Assembly (NCBI GenBank): GCA_002189035.1
Contig: NEEC01000004.1
Coordinates: 372,001 to 436,000, forward strand
Source: Utricularia gibba
Lineage: Eukaryota; Plantae; Magnoliophyta
Reading direction: 5' to 3'
Length of the DNA stretch: 64,000 nt
Each line of letters starts with the position of its first letter. Within the stretch, counting starts at the first letter, position 1. Shown here piece by piece: positions 12,502-26,106 of the stretch. A program made the position numbers and the translations under genes. Under the pieces are notes generated by a model that saw only the letters and a list, made by a program, of their open reading frames with translations, did no database searches and was not told where the DNA came from.

Positions 12502-13590
12502 ATGTTGCCTTATGCAACTATTCACGAAGCAGAGAGGGCTCTTGGGAGAGACCTGAATGTTGCAGAAGCACTGTGGTTCCACTACTCGGCAACGAGATCA
12601 GACTTTCTCTTGTTTATGCACAACATGGTTTTCTTTTGGGTTCTGTACACTGTGCTCCCGTTGCCCATCACAATCATGCAAGTCATTGGGGACAAGACTT
12701 GTGATGGCTTCAAGATTCAACCGACAGTCAGAACTCCATTTACAGAGATCGCTGCTTGCTACAAAAAAGTGCTGCTTTCTTTCATCTTCGTGGTTTGTCC
12801 TGGATATTCCATGCTGTACCCCGTGGTTAAGGTAACATGATTCGCCATTTTTAGTTAGATTATGTTGAACTACCAGATTCTGTGCTTCAACATCCTTAGA
12901 AGTTCATTTGGTTTCGTTATTCTGTCTGTTTTGTGTGTTTATGAATAATGAGGAACAAAATGAAAAACTAAGCTAAGGTGAACTGAATGCCATATGGATT
13001 TGGTTGTGTTGTGCGTGCTGCAGATAGCAGGGATAAGAACGAGTTTGCCACTACCTTCTGTATGGGAGATGCTCTCGCAGCTGCTGGTGTACATTCTTGC
13101 TGAGGACTACGCAAACTACTGGATACACAGACTGCTGCACTGTGAATGGGGTTACCAGAAAATCCATCGAGTTCACCATGAATACGAAGCTCCTTTTGGC
13201 TATGCTGCTCCTCGCGCCCATTGGGCGGAAGCTGTCCTCCTTGGGCTGCCTACGTTCCTCGGTCCTTTTCTGTGCCCTGGGCACATGATTACATTCTGGG
13301 TCTGGTTCGTGCTAAGAGAAACAGTAGCCATTGAAGCTCACGCTGGGTGCGTAGGATATGGGTGAAACCCATGGACTGTGTAGCAATCCATTGACTGTCC
13401 TTGTATCTCTGCATGTTGCAGGTATGAGTTTCCATGGAGTCCGTCGAAGTGCGTGCCGTTTTATGCTGGAGCGGCGCACCATGACCACCACCACTTCGTT
13501 GGAGGGAAATGCAGAAGCAACTTCGCTTCCATATTCACGTACTGCGATCACATCTACGGAACAAACAAGCCCACGCTCCGAAAACCATAG
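12502..13590 (+). CDS. SMO1: Sterol 4-alpha-methyl oxidase 1-like (fatty acid hydroxylase superfamily), divergent; exons 12502-12831, 13024-13346, 13422-13590
   Basis: MLPYATIHEAERALGRDLNVAEALWFHYSATRSD N-terminus. His boxes HRLLH, HRVHH and HDHHH are intact. GYEFPWSP and SNFASIFTYCDHIYGT are present. Confidence 0.85.
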
Positions 13591-14470
13591 AACTTTGCTA
13601 GTTTCGGATTCAAACTCACCAACCTGATGTTCTTCCTGTCTTTAGAACTCCATTGATACCGCGGCAACCTTTTGTCCAGTCTGATGGAGATCTCCTTCAT
13701 CACAAACCCCGTTTTATTCATATACTGTCAGAGTTGCGCGGAAGCAAGAAGACAGACTGCTGGTTCTTAGTGAAAACAAGAAGCAGGATGCTTCAAGTTA
13801 GTCATAAAGCCTTCAACTTGACATCACCATTAGTTTTAACCATAGCCTTCGACTTAGTTCGATTTGCACACGCCCTGATAAACCTTGAAACAGGAGAAAA
13901 ACCAGAAGACGGAAACCTTCAAACTCAGCTCAGCATTCCCGACTGGTTCATCTTACTTACAGTAAGGCAAGCATCAGTTTAGTAACAGTGATCAAAACGT
14001 AGCCTAATAGAATGAGGGAACTGCGCACAAGATCACAACTAGAGCACCCTTCTCTGATAACTTTCATAGAATCTTCCTGGTGGAGAGAGCTTTGGATTTG
14101 AACAATTTGACCCACTTTCACTTTAGGAAACAAATGAGTGTTTTGGAAAAACCTAGTGATCAACTCAAACATAAAACTGCTATGGAACAGTTATAAACCG
14201 TTTAGCGGTTTTAAAGCACATGCCAGCAAATGGGAAGAGGCTCCACCTGTCCCGACCATCTTCTCTATATGCTCGCCCCTTTTGGTGGGGGCGGAGACCA
14301 TGTCTTCATCACTTTTTGACTTTGTAAATATTTGTATAAAAAACAATTTATTTAAAAAATGAATAAGAAATTCCAAAAAAGAAAAAAAGGTCTAATGGGC
14401 GAGGTTCTTGCTATTCTGCGACACCAATTTTCTCCTCTGCCAACAGCCCGGCAATTCGTACGGCATTCCG

Positions 14471-17400
14471 ATGGGCGGCAAGCAGCAACTCTTGGATTCT
14501 CTTACGGCCCACATCTCTCTGTACCGCACTCGTCTTGCGGCCGGAAACCCGTCCCCGCCGACGAATCCTAGTTACCGCTCCGCCGTTCTCCGGTGGTTTT
14601 CTTCTCTCTCTGTTCACCAGCGCCGCGCTCATCTAACTGTTTTCGACAAGGAATTTGTAGCTATTCTACTTCAGATGAATGAGAAACTCCGATCCCGAGG
14701 CACTGGAAGGTTCATCATCCTCCCGGACTTGCCCCAATCTGATTCTAATCTTCCTACGGTGTGCTTCCGTAAATCTGATGGTCTTTTGGCGAGGTTTTCA
14801 GAATCAGACAGCCAGGCGCTCACTATTCGTCAATCTATCGGGCTTTTCAGCTCGAAGGAGGGCGAGTGTAAAGGCGCAGGAAATGGGTCTCCTTGTCTTG
14901 ATGTCATGTGCTTTACGGAGAGCTTATTGAAGGACGTCGATGAATTTGTTGCAATTATGGATAGGATTACAAATGGGGAGTTTCTAGGGGTCGGCGAGGA
15001 GGCGGAGATGGCCGGGGAGTGGGCGGAGCTTGCATGGTTGAAAGCGAAGGGATACTATAGCTTGGAAGAATTTGTTGCAAATCGATTGGAGATTGGATTG
15101 CGCTTTTCCTGGCTGAATTCTAACACTGGGAAGAAAAGAGGATTTAAGCTGAAAGAGAAATTAGTTGCAGCAGGTGTGGCTGCAAACTTGTTTTGGAGGA
15201 AGAAAGGGTGTCTTGATTGGTGGGAGAAGTTGGATGATACTGTGAAAAAGAAGGTTTACAATGCATATCTCGGTAAAGCTGCGCGCTTGCTGGTAATCAA
15301 TTCTTTGTTGTGGTCTCGGTTATAATTAGTATGAGCTTCATTTATGAAACAGCATAGATATTTCAATACGGTTTTAACGTATATGGAAAGTTTCTCAGTT
15401 TACTCTAGGATTTGTGTGCATTCCTGAACCAATTTAGATATGTTTTGTTTCTTTTTCTGTTTCCTTGTTTGATGGAAGCCATCTCAATCTCAGACGCCAT
15501 GCAGTCTGAAGCACAGCACTTTCGTCTTGGATGATAATATTTGGTGCAGTGGTGGGATTAATTCATTGACATTAAGATGCAATACAGCTTCATTGGGTGA
15601 AAACTTCTTTGACACCTTTAATTTATCCAGTTCTAGAAGTAAGTTTGAGGCCATTCCAAAGGAAGTTTCAAAGGATATCTCCACCCTGCATTGTATTGTC
15701 AATAGTTTGTACATACTTCAGGTTCTGTCTCTACTTTCAACAGCTCTAGCTAGTAGTTGTGACCCGGAGAACATTTTTTTTAGCTCTCTGGATTCTGTAA
15801 ATAGCATTCCTGATGTGATACTAAGAAGGCTTCGGGAAATACTCCTCGTTGTATCACTTGATTGGACAAAGTTTGAGTTGCTTGAAGGGGTGAACTTGAA
15901 ACCTCCTATTAAGAAATCAAATGAGAAAAGGGTTCCACCAAACCGCAAGAAAAAGTTGAAGAACAAAATTAAGAAATCAAATCCCCTTTCAAGTTGCTGT
16001 CTTGATGAATCAAAGTATGAGGAGCGGAGCAAGGTGAACCTTGTTTGCAATAAATATGTTCATGAAACCTTTGGTAAAGTGTGCAGGTTTTTCATACCAA
16101 TGCTTGACCTGTTCCACTTGAGTTTCAGGATGATGGTAATAGAGCATCCGATAATTTTGGTGATAATGTTCCAGAGAGTGATCTTCTTGAAGGGAATTGC
16201 ATATCTTCAAAAGCAATGGTTGTTCTTATTCTTCATTTTGTGTGGATGCTGATTGACATGTCTGGAATTTTTAATTGATATTTGTCACTGGCAGGAAGCT
16301 ATTAAAGGAGCGGATGATAGAAAGTTTCTAGGTGTAACAAGGAAGAGTAGGAAAGAAAAAAGGAAGGTCAAAAGCTCTAATTTTCCTACTCCCGAGCTAT
16401 CATCTACCGGTGTTTCTGGTCACCTGGGTGTACCCAAGCTGTCCAATTCTACCTCAGAAAGTCTAAGCATGGATTTTTCATCAAAGGATAGGGTTGACAA
16501 TAGCGATGGCCATCCAACCAGTAGCCATTCTTCTAGAGATGATGGCATTCCATCCTTAAGTAGTGATCAAGACTTCGGCAACACAATCCCTAATCACGCT
16601 GTTGCTAGTATTGAGGATTCTTTAATATCTGAAGGTGATTCGAGTTCAAAAACTATGGTTCCTTCGGAAAAATGCATTGATACAAGCCCGGCACGTTTGG
16701 ATTCCCGAAGAAATGCAGTTGATTCTTTTAGGAATTTAGTCAAAGATGGTGAATTACAGGCAGAAACCTCATCTATTCAGGATCAACCAACTCCTAGGGT
16801 CATTCGAGTGGGTGCTGCCATAAATTCGCCTGCATATGTTTCTTATGAGTGGCCTAGCATAGCTCCTATTCATCAATTAACAGATCCTCGTCTTCCTGCT
16901 GCTACCGACAGATTGCATCTTGATGTTGGGCACAATCTGCAAAATCATTTCCACCATTCTTTTCTGCAGAACTTGCATTCCAGAAAATCTGCTACTCAGA
17001 AAGCCTACAGTGGAATCGTCAGATCCATTCCTATAAGTTTAGATTGCCCTCCCTCGATGCATGGTTATGACAGATGTATTCCATCATTTTCTCGCAATTA
17101 TGATGCTGAGTTGTTGTCACGGAGGCAATCATGTTTTCAAACTGTCTCCTGTGGTGCTAATACTTCAGAGGATGAAAGAACTGTCTGTGGTGAAACCTTA
17201 GACTATGCTGATATTACAAGTTCACAAGAAATTGTAGATGAGCATGAAAAAAACTGGATGTCTGAAGAGGAGACAGAAACTCAAGCCTTGGGTATGATTG
17301 ATTACAATCAGTACTTTGGTGGTGGTGTAATGTACTGGAATCCATCTGATTGTCTTGTGAACAATTTCTCCGGACCTCCCTCTCTTTGTTCTGACGATAG

Positions 17401-20400
17401 TTCTTGGGCCTGGAGGGAAGCTGATTTGAATAGATCTGTTGATGATATGGTTACCTTCTCCTCCTCGTACAGTGGCTTGACTTCTCCCTCCGCTGCTTCT
17501 TTTTGCTCCCCTTTTGATCCTTTGGCAGTAGGAAATCTTGGTTATGTTGTGTCTGGCAGTGAAATTAGCGGTAAGATTCTGCATTCTTCCAAACTGACTG
17601 ACGCTGGTTCTGAGGAGGGCACTGCGGGGTCAGTATCGAGTGTCTGTGATGCAGAAGGGAAGACCCTTGACACGCTACCATATCCCATTCTTAGGCCTAT
17701 AATTATTCCAAGTATGTCTAGGGAAAAACCAAGATCAGAGTTTCGCCGTAGTTATGATCATAAAAGTCCCCGTGTCCCGCCAAACAGGAGAGAACAGCCT
17801 CGTATTAAAAGACCACCATCCCCTGTGGTCTTGTGCGTTCCAAGTGCTCCCCGCCCTCCCCCACCATCACCTGTTGGGGAGTCTAGGAAACACAGGGGTT
17901 TTCCCACTGTCAGGTCTGGCAGCTCAAGCCCAAGGCACTGGGGCGTGAAGAGTTGGTTCCATGATGGTATCAATTCCGAAGATGCCAATGTGCCTGTTGA
18001 AGGCAATGGAGTAGTCTGGCCGTGTTGGAGGAACAAAGGAATTGCAGCCCGGCAGCTGGCTCAACCTTTGGTGGGAAAACTGCTTCAAGAGCGGCTTGTT
18101 GCTATTTGTCAGCTGGCTCGTGATAGAGAGCATGTATGTCTTCTGCTTCTGATTATGCCTTCATCTAGTCGCCTTCACACGGTTACTATTAAACTCTTTT
18201 ATTTGATGCGTCTTAACATTCCAGCCTGATGTGAAATTTCCACTGCAACCTCCTGAAACACAAAACAGCTCTCTGAGCAAGACATCCCAGTCAATGATTC
18301 ATGACACTCTGCACGAGGAAATTACCACTTTCTGCAAGAAGGTAACCTGCTTTGATGCCATTTTTGACATCTCACTCAATTATTTGGTGTTTGACTTTAA
18401 ATATTTTTTCTTGTTACTCATTTTCTGGGAACTATTAATCGACTTTTAAGGTTATGGCTGAGAATCTGATGAGGAAACCTTACATTAACTGGGCTGTTAA
18501 GCGTGTTGCACGTTCTCTCCAAGTGTTGTGGCCTCGCTCTCAAACTAACGTCTTTGGTTCAAATGCTACTGGTTTAGCTTTGCCATCTAGTGATGTTGAC
18601 CTGGTGATTTGTCTCCCCCCTGTTCGAAATTTGGTGAGAATGCAATGGCTTTCAGTTTGGCCATTTTCTCCAAAAAAAAAAAGAAAAAAGAAAGAAACCT
18701 CAAAATGAAGCTCACCATATGATTTAATTCAGGAGCCTATCAAAGAAGCTGGAATCTTAGAGGGCAGAAATGGCATCAAGGAAACTTGTCTTCAGGTTAG
18801 ATGGATAACAAGAAAAGGATCTGTGTTGACCTTATCCATTATATCTACCTGAACCCCTTTTTTTCCATGTCTGCGTGCAATTCCCTGGCTTATCATTGTT
18901 TTTCTTTTTAAATTAGCACGCCGCTAGGTATCTTGCAAACCAGGAGTGGGTCAAAAGTGACTCTCTGAAGATCGTTGAAAACACTGCTGTAATTACCTGC
19001 TCTAAGCTTATGCCACTCACCCCCCCCCCCCCCCCTGAATGCTGCTCTTTAACCCTTTTTCTCCTATCAATTTTGCAATGGTTATAGATCCCCATAATAA
19101 TGGTTGTCGTGGAAGTTCCTCATGATATCACCTCTACTTGGACGAGCGTTGACAAACCATTGGACCAAGCAGATGAAATATCCATACCCGTAGGCGATCC
19201 TTCACAAGGTGATTCAGTTACCTCTGCTACACCATCACAAAAGTTGAACGTAAGAATCAACAATAAATGTGATGGATTGAAATCTGTCCATCTGGACATC
19301 AGTTTCAAATCTTCAACGCACAGTGGAATTCAGACGACTGGACTGGTATTTGTCTCTCCTAGCAGTGTTAGCCAGTGAAGAGATTTTTCCTGAAATTTTA
19401 CATTTTTTTATTTATTTCGTTCTGCCCTCGTATTCTCATTTTTTGCTGTTCTGCGAAACCTCATGCAGGTTAAAGATCTTACGGAACAATTTCCTGCACT
19501 GACACCTCTCGCACTTGTACTAAAGCAGTTTTTGGCTGATCGCGGTTTAGACCAGTCCTACTCAGGTGGTTTAAATTCATATTGTCTGGTAAGTTAACGC
19601 ATTTTTTATTTAAAGAAGGGTTCCCAGTTTGAGATTCTTTCCCTTTTTCTGTGGACCTTGTTTTGCATTACTCACTTTGATTCCGCATTGGTGGCAGACA
19701 TTACTGATTACAAGATTTTTGCAGCACGAGCATCATCATGGTCGCCCTATCAATCAAGTATGAATGGTTTGCATTTCGTTGACATAATACAGTATCCAGC
19801 ATTAATACCTATATATTTTAATGTGGAAAAGGACCTCATTCCCATAGCTGTCTTTCATTATCAAACCTTTCATTTTCAGCGTGGCTTTTCCACCAATTTA
19901 GGATATTGGATAAATTTATTGGACAGCCTTTTGGAATCATTTTTTCCTTTAAATGACATTCTTCTTCTTTTTTTCCGTAGAACTACGGAAGCCTTCTGAT
20001 GGATTTTCTGTACTTTTTTGGGTAAGTAATTTGCCATAAGCAGGTTCGTCAAATAAGGTTTTACTCCCCCTCATTTTTCTGGACTATGGTTGCTCCAGGA
20101 ATGTTTTTGATCCAAAGCGAATGCGTATTTGTGTACAGGGGAGTGGTGTCTATTTAAACAGGGAGCGCGGGTGCAGGTAGGGGAGGAGAGAAACAATCAA
20201 TATATGTTTCATCGTACCTACCATTACTCCAATTTCATTGTCAAAGTTTTTTTTTATTGTGCAGCATTGACCCACTTCATATTGATGATCCTCTCCTTTT
20301 GACTAACAATGTTGGGAGGAATTGTTTCCGAATTCATCAGTGTATCAAGGTGGGTTGACCCTTCAGGCCATTTCATTCACTTCCTCCTCTGCCGCATTCA

Positions 20401-20617
20401 TTGAACCTGGTAATTGACGAGGGACTAAAAATCTTTTCCTGCATTGCATCTGATGCAGGCATTTGCTGATGCATATGCAATGCTTGAAAATGAGCTCATG
20501 GATGATGTTAATACTGAAATCAAGCCAACCCAGAAACTCCTTCCAAAGTTAATCCCAAGCATGGCTCAGCATCTGGATGGTTTTTCCTGGAAAGAGGACC
20601 AGACGCCACTTGACTAA
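14471..20617 (+). CDS. Large nucleotidyltransferase family protein (MEE44-like; TRF4/PAP2-type non-canonical poly(A) polymerase domain at the C-terminus)
   Basis: N-terminal QLLDSLTAHISLY...AVLRWFSSLSVHQRRAHLTV; YFGGGVMYWNPSD; catalytic VFGSNATGLALPSSDVDLV; DRGLDQSYSGGLNSYCL; DPLHIDDPL. Final exon 20459-20617. Confidence 0.88.
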
Positions 20618-20896
20618 CACCTTACTAAAGAACATACATACACCCTGCTCTGGAAACAGGCCAATACATACTGCATATAGCTGCCGGTCTTTCATGTGGA
20701 TGACGACTGCTCAGTGCCCTTAGGGCTGGATCCTGTGACCCCAACGGGTGATCATCTGATTGTATAGTTCACACATTTTTGGAGCAGGTATTAACTAACA
20801 TAAAAATATATTGACACGTTCCACTTGCTTTCTGAATGGGAAGGAATATACTCAACATCTATCCGTACTCTGAGCCATTACTACTGTTACTAATGA

Positions 20897-21995
20897 TCAG
20901 GTAAAAAAATCGGCATCCTTGGGTGGACCTCTGGTGAGCTTGTTCTGTAGCTCCACTTGCTTAGGTACCACCAGTTCCACATCCTGTCCCAGAGACGCGA
21001 AGTACCGCTCAAGAACCTTCTGCAATCACACCCAGGAATACGCATATGAACTGGTCATCAATCATATCCTTTCCAAAAGGCTTTCTGAAAATGAAGAAGA
21101 TTCACACACCAACTCACTTACCACTGCAGCATATGCATCGACCTCTGTTTGCCGAACAGACTTACGGATGCCACTGAGTGCAACGCAATGAACTTGAGTC
21201 AGATTGTGGTTATAATGGTCAAGAAACAAGATGATGCGTTATTACTCTGCTATCATATGGTCTACAGCCTCGGCAGATGTTCCATGCTCATCCTGCAAGT
21301 ACACTCTCCATCCCCTTGTAACGTGTTGGGAGAAGTGGCAAGAACAAAGCATTTAGGTTGAGAGTATGGAATGTCAGAATGTAGTAATACGGTACCTGTC
21401 TGCAGCTAGAATTGCAAGCCTCCCAGCGACACTGCGAACTTTGTTTGATTGCTGGGTTTCCTTCCCTTCTCTGGTTTTTGGGATACCAACTATGAACTCA
21501 TCGACTTCCTGCTAGCGCAACAGAACAAGCCCATCCGTAGACGATCGACCATTGTACATTTGTTGTCTACCAAGAAAGAGAGAAAGACCTGGTTCGAAGC
21601 AATTTCAAGGAGTTTCTGCTCTAGCTTCTGGCCTCGTAGTTGAAGCACCTAAACAGGACGCATAAGAGCCGCTGAATATATATAATGTTTGTATGGTTCT
21701 TCTGTTTGTTGTTGTTCTAACTTCTAACCGTGAGTGGACGAAAGGAGAAGCCTTTGCTTATGGCGACGCCTGTTCGAGAAAATCCCAAATCCACTCCAAG
21801 GCTGAAACCGCCGCGCCATGAGGGATCACGCTTCCGCCGTGCGGCGTTGGGGGGAATACGTTCCTCCCAAGTCCAGCACTCGTCGGTGGATGCGTCGGCG
21901 GCCGGGGATTTTGAAATCCTTGGACATTGAAGAACCCGAAGAGGGTTTCGGGTACTTGAGAAAGCCAGCGCATTCACTGAGAATTGAAGCGCCAT
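20897..21995 (-). CDS. YqgF/RuvX-like RNase H-fold nuclease (putative pre-16S rRNA nuclease), probably organelle-targeted
   Basis: SLGVDLGFSRTGVAISKG, EVDEFIVGIPK, GWRVYLQDEHGTSAEA, DAYAAV and KVLERYF, spread over GT-AG exons. Ser/Ala/Arg-rich N-terminal extension resembles a transit peptide. Confidence 0.87.
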
Positions 21996-22457
21996 TCGTT
22001 CACCTTCTTCAGCCACGCTTGATTTTATTTATTTTCCTTTTTTTTTTTTTAGATTTTTCCGATCCTTTTAAACTATAATTTCCAAGAAATATACTGCCAT
22101 GTATTTGTTTCATGGGATGCATGTGGTTTTGCATTTTACAAACACCCGCTTGCAGTTCCGAGTGGTTTTGCGGTGATTGAAAGATGGGAGCTTTTACAGT
22201 CTCCCCAGAACACCCTCTTTCAGTGCGAGGAGCTCTACTTACTAGCCGAGCAATAATGCTACGTGTGCGAGCGAATTCTTTCCTCAGCATTGACCACAAC
22301 AATAATGGCTTCATTAATGCTATCCTCCAATATGTCACCCTGCTGGGAAGAATTTCTTTTACGGGGGAACCCCCACATGGGAAAAGGAAAACAACGATTT
22401 TAAGCAGTTTCGGGAAAATACTCATTCCAAGGCTCTTGCTTATGTAGATTGATAGCA

Positions 22458-25400
22458 ATGGGTGCTCAGGAAGGAAGATCCCTGACCGAAACGCCTACAT
22501 GGGCGGTGGCTACTGTCACCACTTTTATGCTGTCAGTTGGATTTTTCATTCATTGGGGTTGAAGAAGTTTGGCAAGGTATAACATCTCTATTTGATATTT
22601 TATGTTTTGGACATGTTTTGATTCCGAATGAAAGTTCTGTTGTGTTTGTGTTTGCAGTGGTTGGAGAAAACTAAAAGGAAGCAGCTTCTTGCAGCTCTAA
22701 ATAAAATTAAGGAAGGTACGAGGAAGAGTGTTCTTTTGAAAGCCTTGTTGTATTTTTGTTCCTCTTTTTTGGGTGAAAGTATGATAGGTAGAGTATGTTC
22801 TGTTGTGCGGACAGAGTTAATAGTATTTGGGCTTCTGTCGTTGCTGATGGGACATTGGATCGTTTTTGTCACGAGAATTTGTGTCAAGTCATCAACATTG
22901 ACTAGCAAATTCTACCCGTGTGTGCCTTCGGATTATCCAAACCTCCATGCTGTTGAGCACAAGACTATTTTTACAAAATATGAGTACTTGAACACCTCAA
23001 CACCAAGACTATTGTTGGATGGGTTGCACGAAGATTTCTGTCCCAAGGTGATCTTCCAATACATGCTGGACAATGCTAAGTTTTGTTGAATTTGTGTGGT
23101 TCCTCTTCTTCTTCTTTTTTTTCATTGATTTTGATTACCTCATGGTGGGAGTCTATGATCTCCCCAATGCTCGTTATGCTGAGAAGCCTGTTTACTGAAT
23201 GTGTTTCCATACATTATGATAGATATTGTGTTTTAATGCAATGAAATGTGAAGTATCATTCTTTTTTATACCCATCAGCGGGTTTCTTTTTCTATCTGTC
23301 ATAGTAAAATGCAATTGTTTGAAATTTAGTGTTATCTTCAGGGGCAGGAATCATTTGCTTCGTATGAAAGCCTAAATCAGCTTCATCGCTTCTTGTTTGT
23401 TCTCGGTGTAATCCATGTATCCTATAGCTTTTTATCTGTTGCACTAGCCATGGTGAAGGTAATTTTAAAAAAAAATTGAGGTTGATGCATTTACGTTATG
23501 CTGTAAGCTCTTCATGGCGAGTAATTCTGGATATAGATATATAGTTGGAGAACATGGGAAAACGATGCCAAGACAGTAGCTTTAAGAGGTCTACTAATGG
23601 TCGGCACAACTACAGGTGGTTGACAGGATGTTCTCCATTGGTATTTTATTTGACAATGTTGCTGTTGCCGATTATGAATTTTTAAATTTGAAGATTCTGA
23701 AGATGGTGGAGGAAAGGATTTGCAGGGGCGCCTATCAAGTTTTATATCTAGCCATACTTCTCACCCCTGGAGTCAGCACAGAGTGCTTGTATGGCTGGTA
23801 TGCTCCTACAGAGGTCTATATTATTTGGTTGCTGTAAGAATTGGTTTTTTAGGACATCTTGCTGCCAAATAGTAGGAACCATTCGACCTTGGTGAAGCCC
23901 ATGTAGATTAATATTTGACATTCGTTGTAGTTCTTAAAGAAATGCTACAGTTTTCTGCTCTCTTCTGCGAATAGGCATTCTTAAAGATAGCTTTTCTTCT
24001 ACATTCTTATTCTTCTCTTACGTTGTTTTTTCATATTGTCATACAGCTTTGTTTCAGTCGTCAATTTTGGAGTTCAATAAATCAAGCTGACTACTCAACT
24101 CTTCGATATGGATTCCTCACTGTAAGCTGACTCGCATTACGCATACGCAGCATTTCATGTGATTTGTCGTTATTTCATGCAATGTTTTCTTTCTTGTCCT
24201 CGTCACTTTCACTGTGAGTGTCAACACGTAGTTGATCTCACATTGCAGAAACAAGCCCATATGGTGTTTCTCAGCTATGCTAAATACTAGAACAGAGAAG
24301 TGCATAAATCTCCTGTTTTTGTCATCTCATTTTAATATCAAATATTAGGTACACCACAAAATCCACCTTTTGCTGTGAACATCAGGGTTTTCTTTGCTTC
24401 CTCCTGCAGACTCACCAGCTACCCTTCACGTACGACTTCCACAATTATATGCTTCGTACTATGGAAGAAGAATTTCGAGACATTGTTGGCATCAGGTATC
24501 CAAGATTTGATTTTTTCCTAATCTTAGCAAATGATGTCATTGCCTATCTTTCACCAAACTTTCGATTGATTGAGCCTGGGAGTTCTCCTTTTTTTGTAGC
24601 ATCCCACTTTGGATCTTTGCTTTGGTCTGCATCATCTTAGGATTTCATGGTAATTTCTTCCACTACATCAGTTTCTAATTTCACCTGAAATTGCATGCCC
24701 CTAATAAACCGCACTTTGAAATGCAGCAGTTGATTCCCATAATATTGTTAACAAGTTGACAGCAATTTGTAGTAAATCTTTGAAATTTTGATTACCAAGT
24801 CATTTTCCATGCTCTTTCTATTTACTAGTAGCATGTTTTGAACATAGGAACAAATATATACTTCTGGGTTTCTTTCCTCCCTGCAGTTGTAAGATTTTCT
24901 TTGCTTTCTGGTATTCTTTTATTGTTATTCTGATCAACCCTTCTCCCACCTTTTGTCTCATTTGTATTGAACTGTGCCCAGTTAATCTTAGTGGTCGGTA
25001 CAAAACTTCATCATGTTGTTGTGAAGTTGGCTACGGAGGTCAGGTATTCAAGCCAGTGGACTGGATTTCAACAGTTCAATCTGAGGGACGAGCTCTTCTG
25101 GTTTGGCAAGCCCCAGTTCCTCCTCCGGCTGATACAATTCATCTCGTTCCAGGTTAGTGAGTTCATCCCCCTTTTACATAGAGAAGCTACTGCATTGAAC
25201 GCCAGTCATCTATAATTTGGATGTCATGCCGTTGCAGAATGCATTTGAGATGGCAATGTACTTATGGTCAATGGTAAGATGTGTGATTTATGCATCCACC
25301 ATTTAATGCCACGCACTGTGTACACTTGTGTGTGCTTGTGGCAACTTTGTGCTTATGCTGTTTCCTTCTTAGTGGGAGGTTAAAGAAACATCGTGTTTTA

Positions 25401-25859
25401 CTGGCGATCGAGCTACAATTATAATCCGATTAACGTTCGGGTAGAGAGCATTCTATCCTTGGAGCTTGTCGTTGATTCTGGAAAGATAGATTGCATACAG
25501 TGACTTGGTTTTTGTGCAGGGTGGTGTCCCAGTTCTGGTGTAGCTTTATCACTTTCCCTCTCTACGTTATCGTTGCTCAGGTATGACAAGAACTATATGT
25601 TTCATGGGGTAGTTTGTACATTCATTCATGCCCAAATTTTATGTACTGAGGCCGGAGCTGAACCGTGCAGATGGGTTCCAAGTTCAAGAAAACAATAGTA
25701 TCAGAAGGTGTGAGGAGATCACTTCACGGATGGCGTTCGAAAGTGAAAACCAGGCACGGAGGTGCTCCATTCTCAATCATCGGAGAGACCCTATCGGTGG
25801 ATGGCGACGGAGCAAGGCCATCATCAGTCTCTGACAGCGGCTTGGTCGTAACACATTAA
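22458..25859 (+). CDS. MLO: MLO-like seven-transmembrane protein, multi-exon
   Basis: [108 protein letters not shown]. Confidence 0.9.
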
Positions 25860-26106
25860 ACTAGAATAGCCCTTAGAGACAAGGCTGCATCCGCCTATCA
25901 ACAGGTATGATTTGTAATAGCTCAAAAACCTTGACAAAAATGATAGTTACAGGTCACAGGTCTTATCATCTTATGGCTCTCCATGGAAAAAGCTGCATTT
26001 GTTGGAAAAATGTAGACATGAGTTTGCTCCTTGACTAGCTGAGTTAGCAGAACTGTTTTACTGAACCTGGTTTAGAGCCATATCAGAGATGCTCGCGGAG
26101 AAGGCA

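Noticed and set aside
13653-14300. Possible decayed PPR or other gene fragment
   Set aside because: No convincing motif in any frame; not supportable without a database search.
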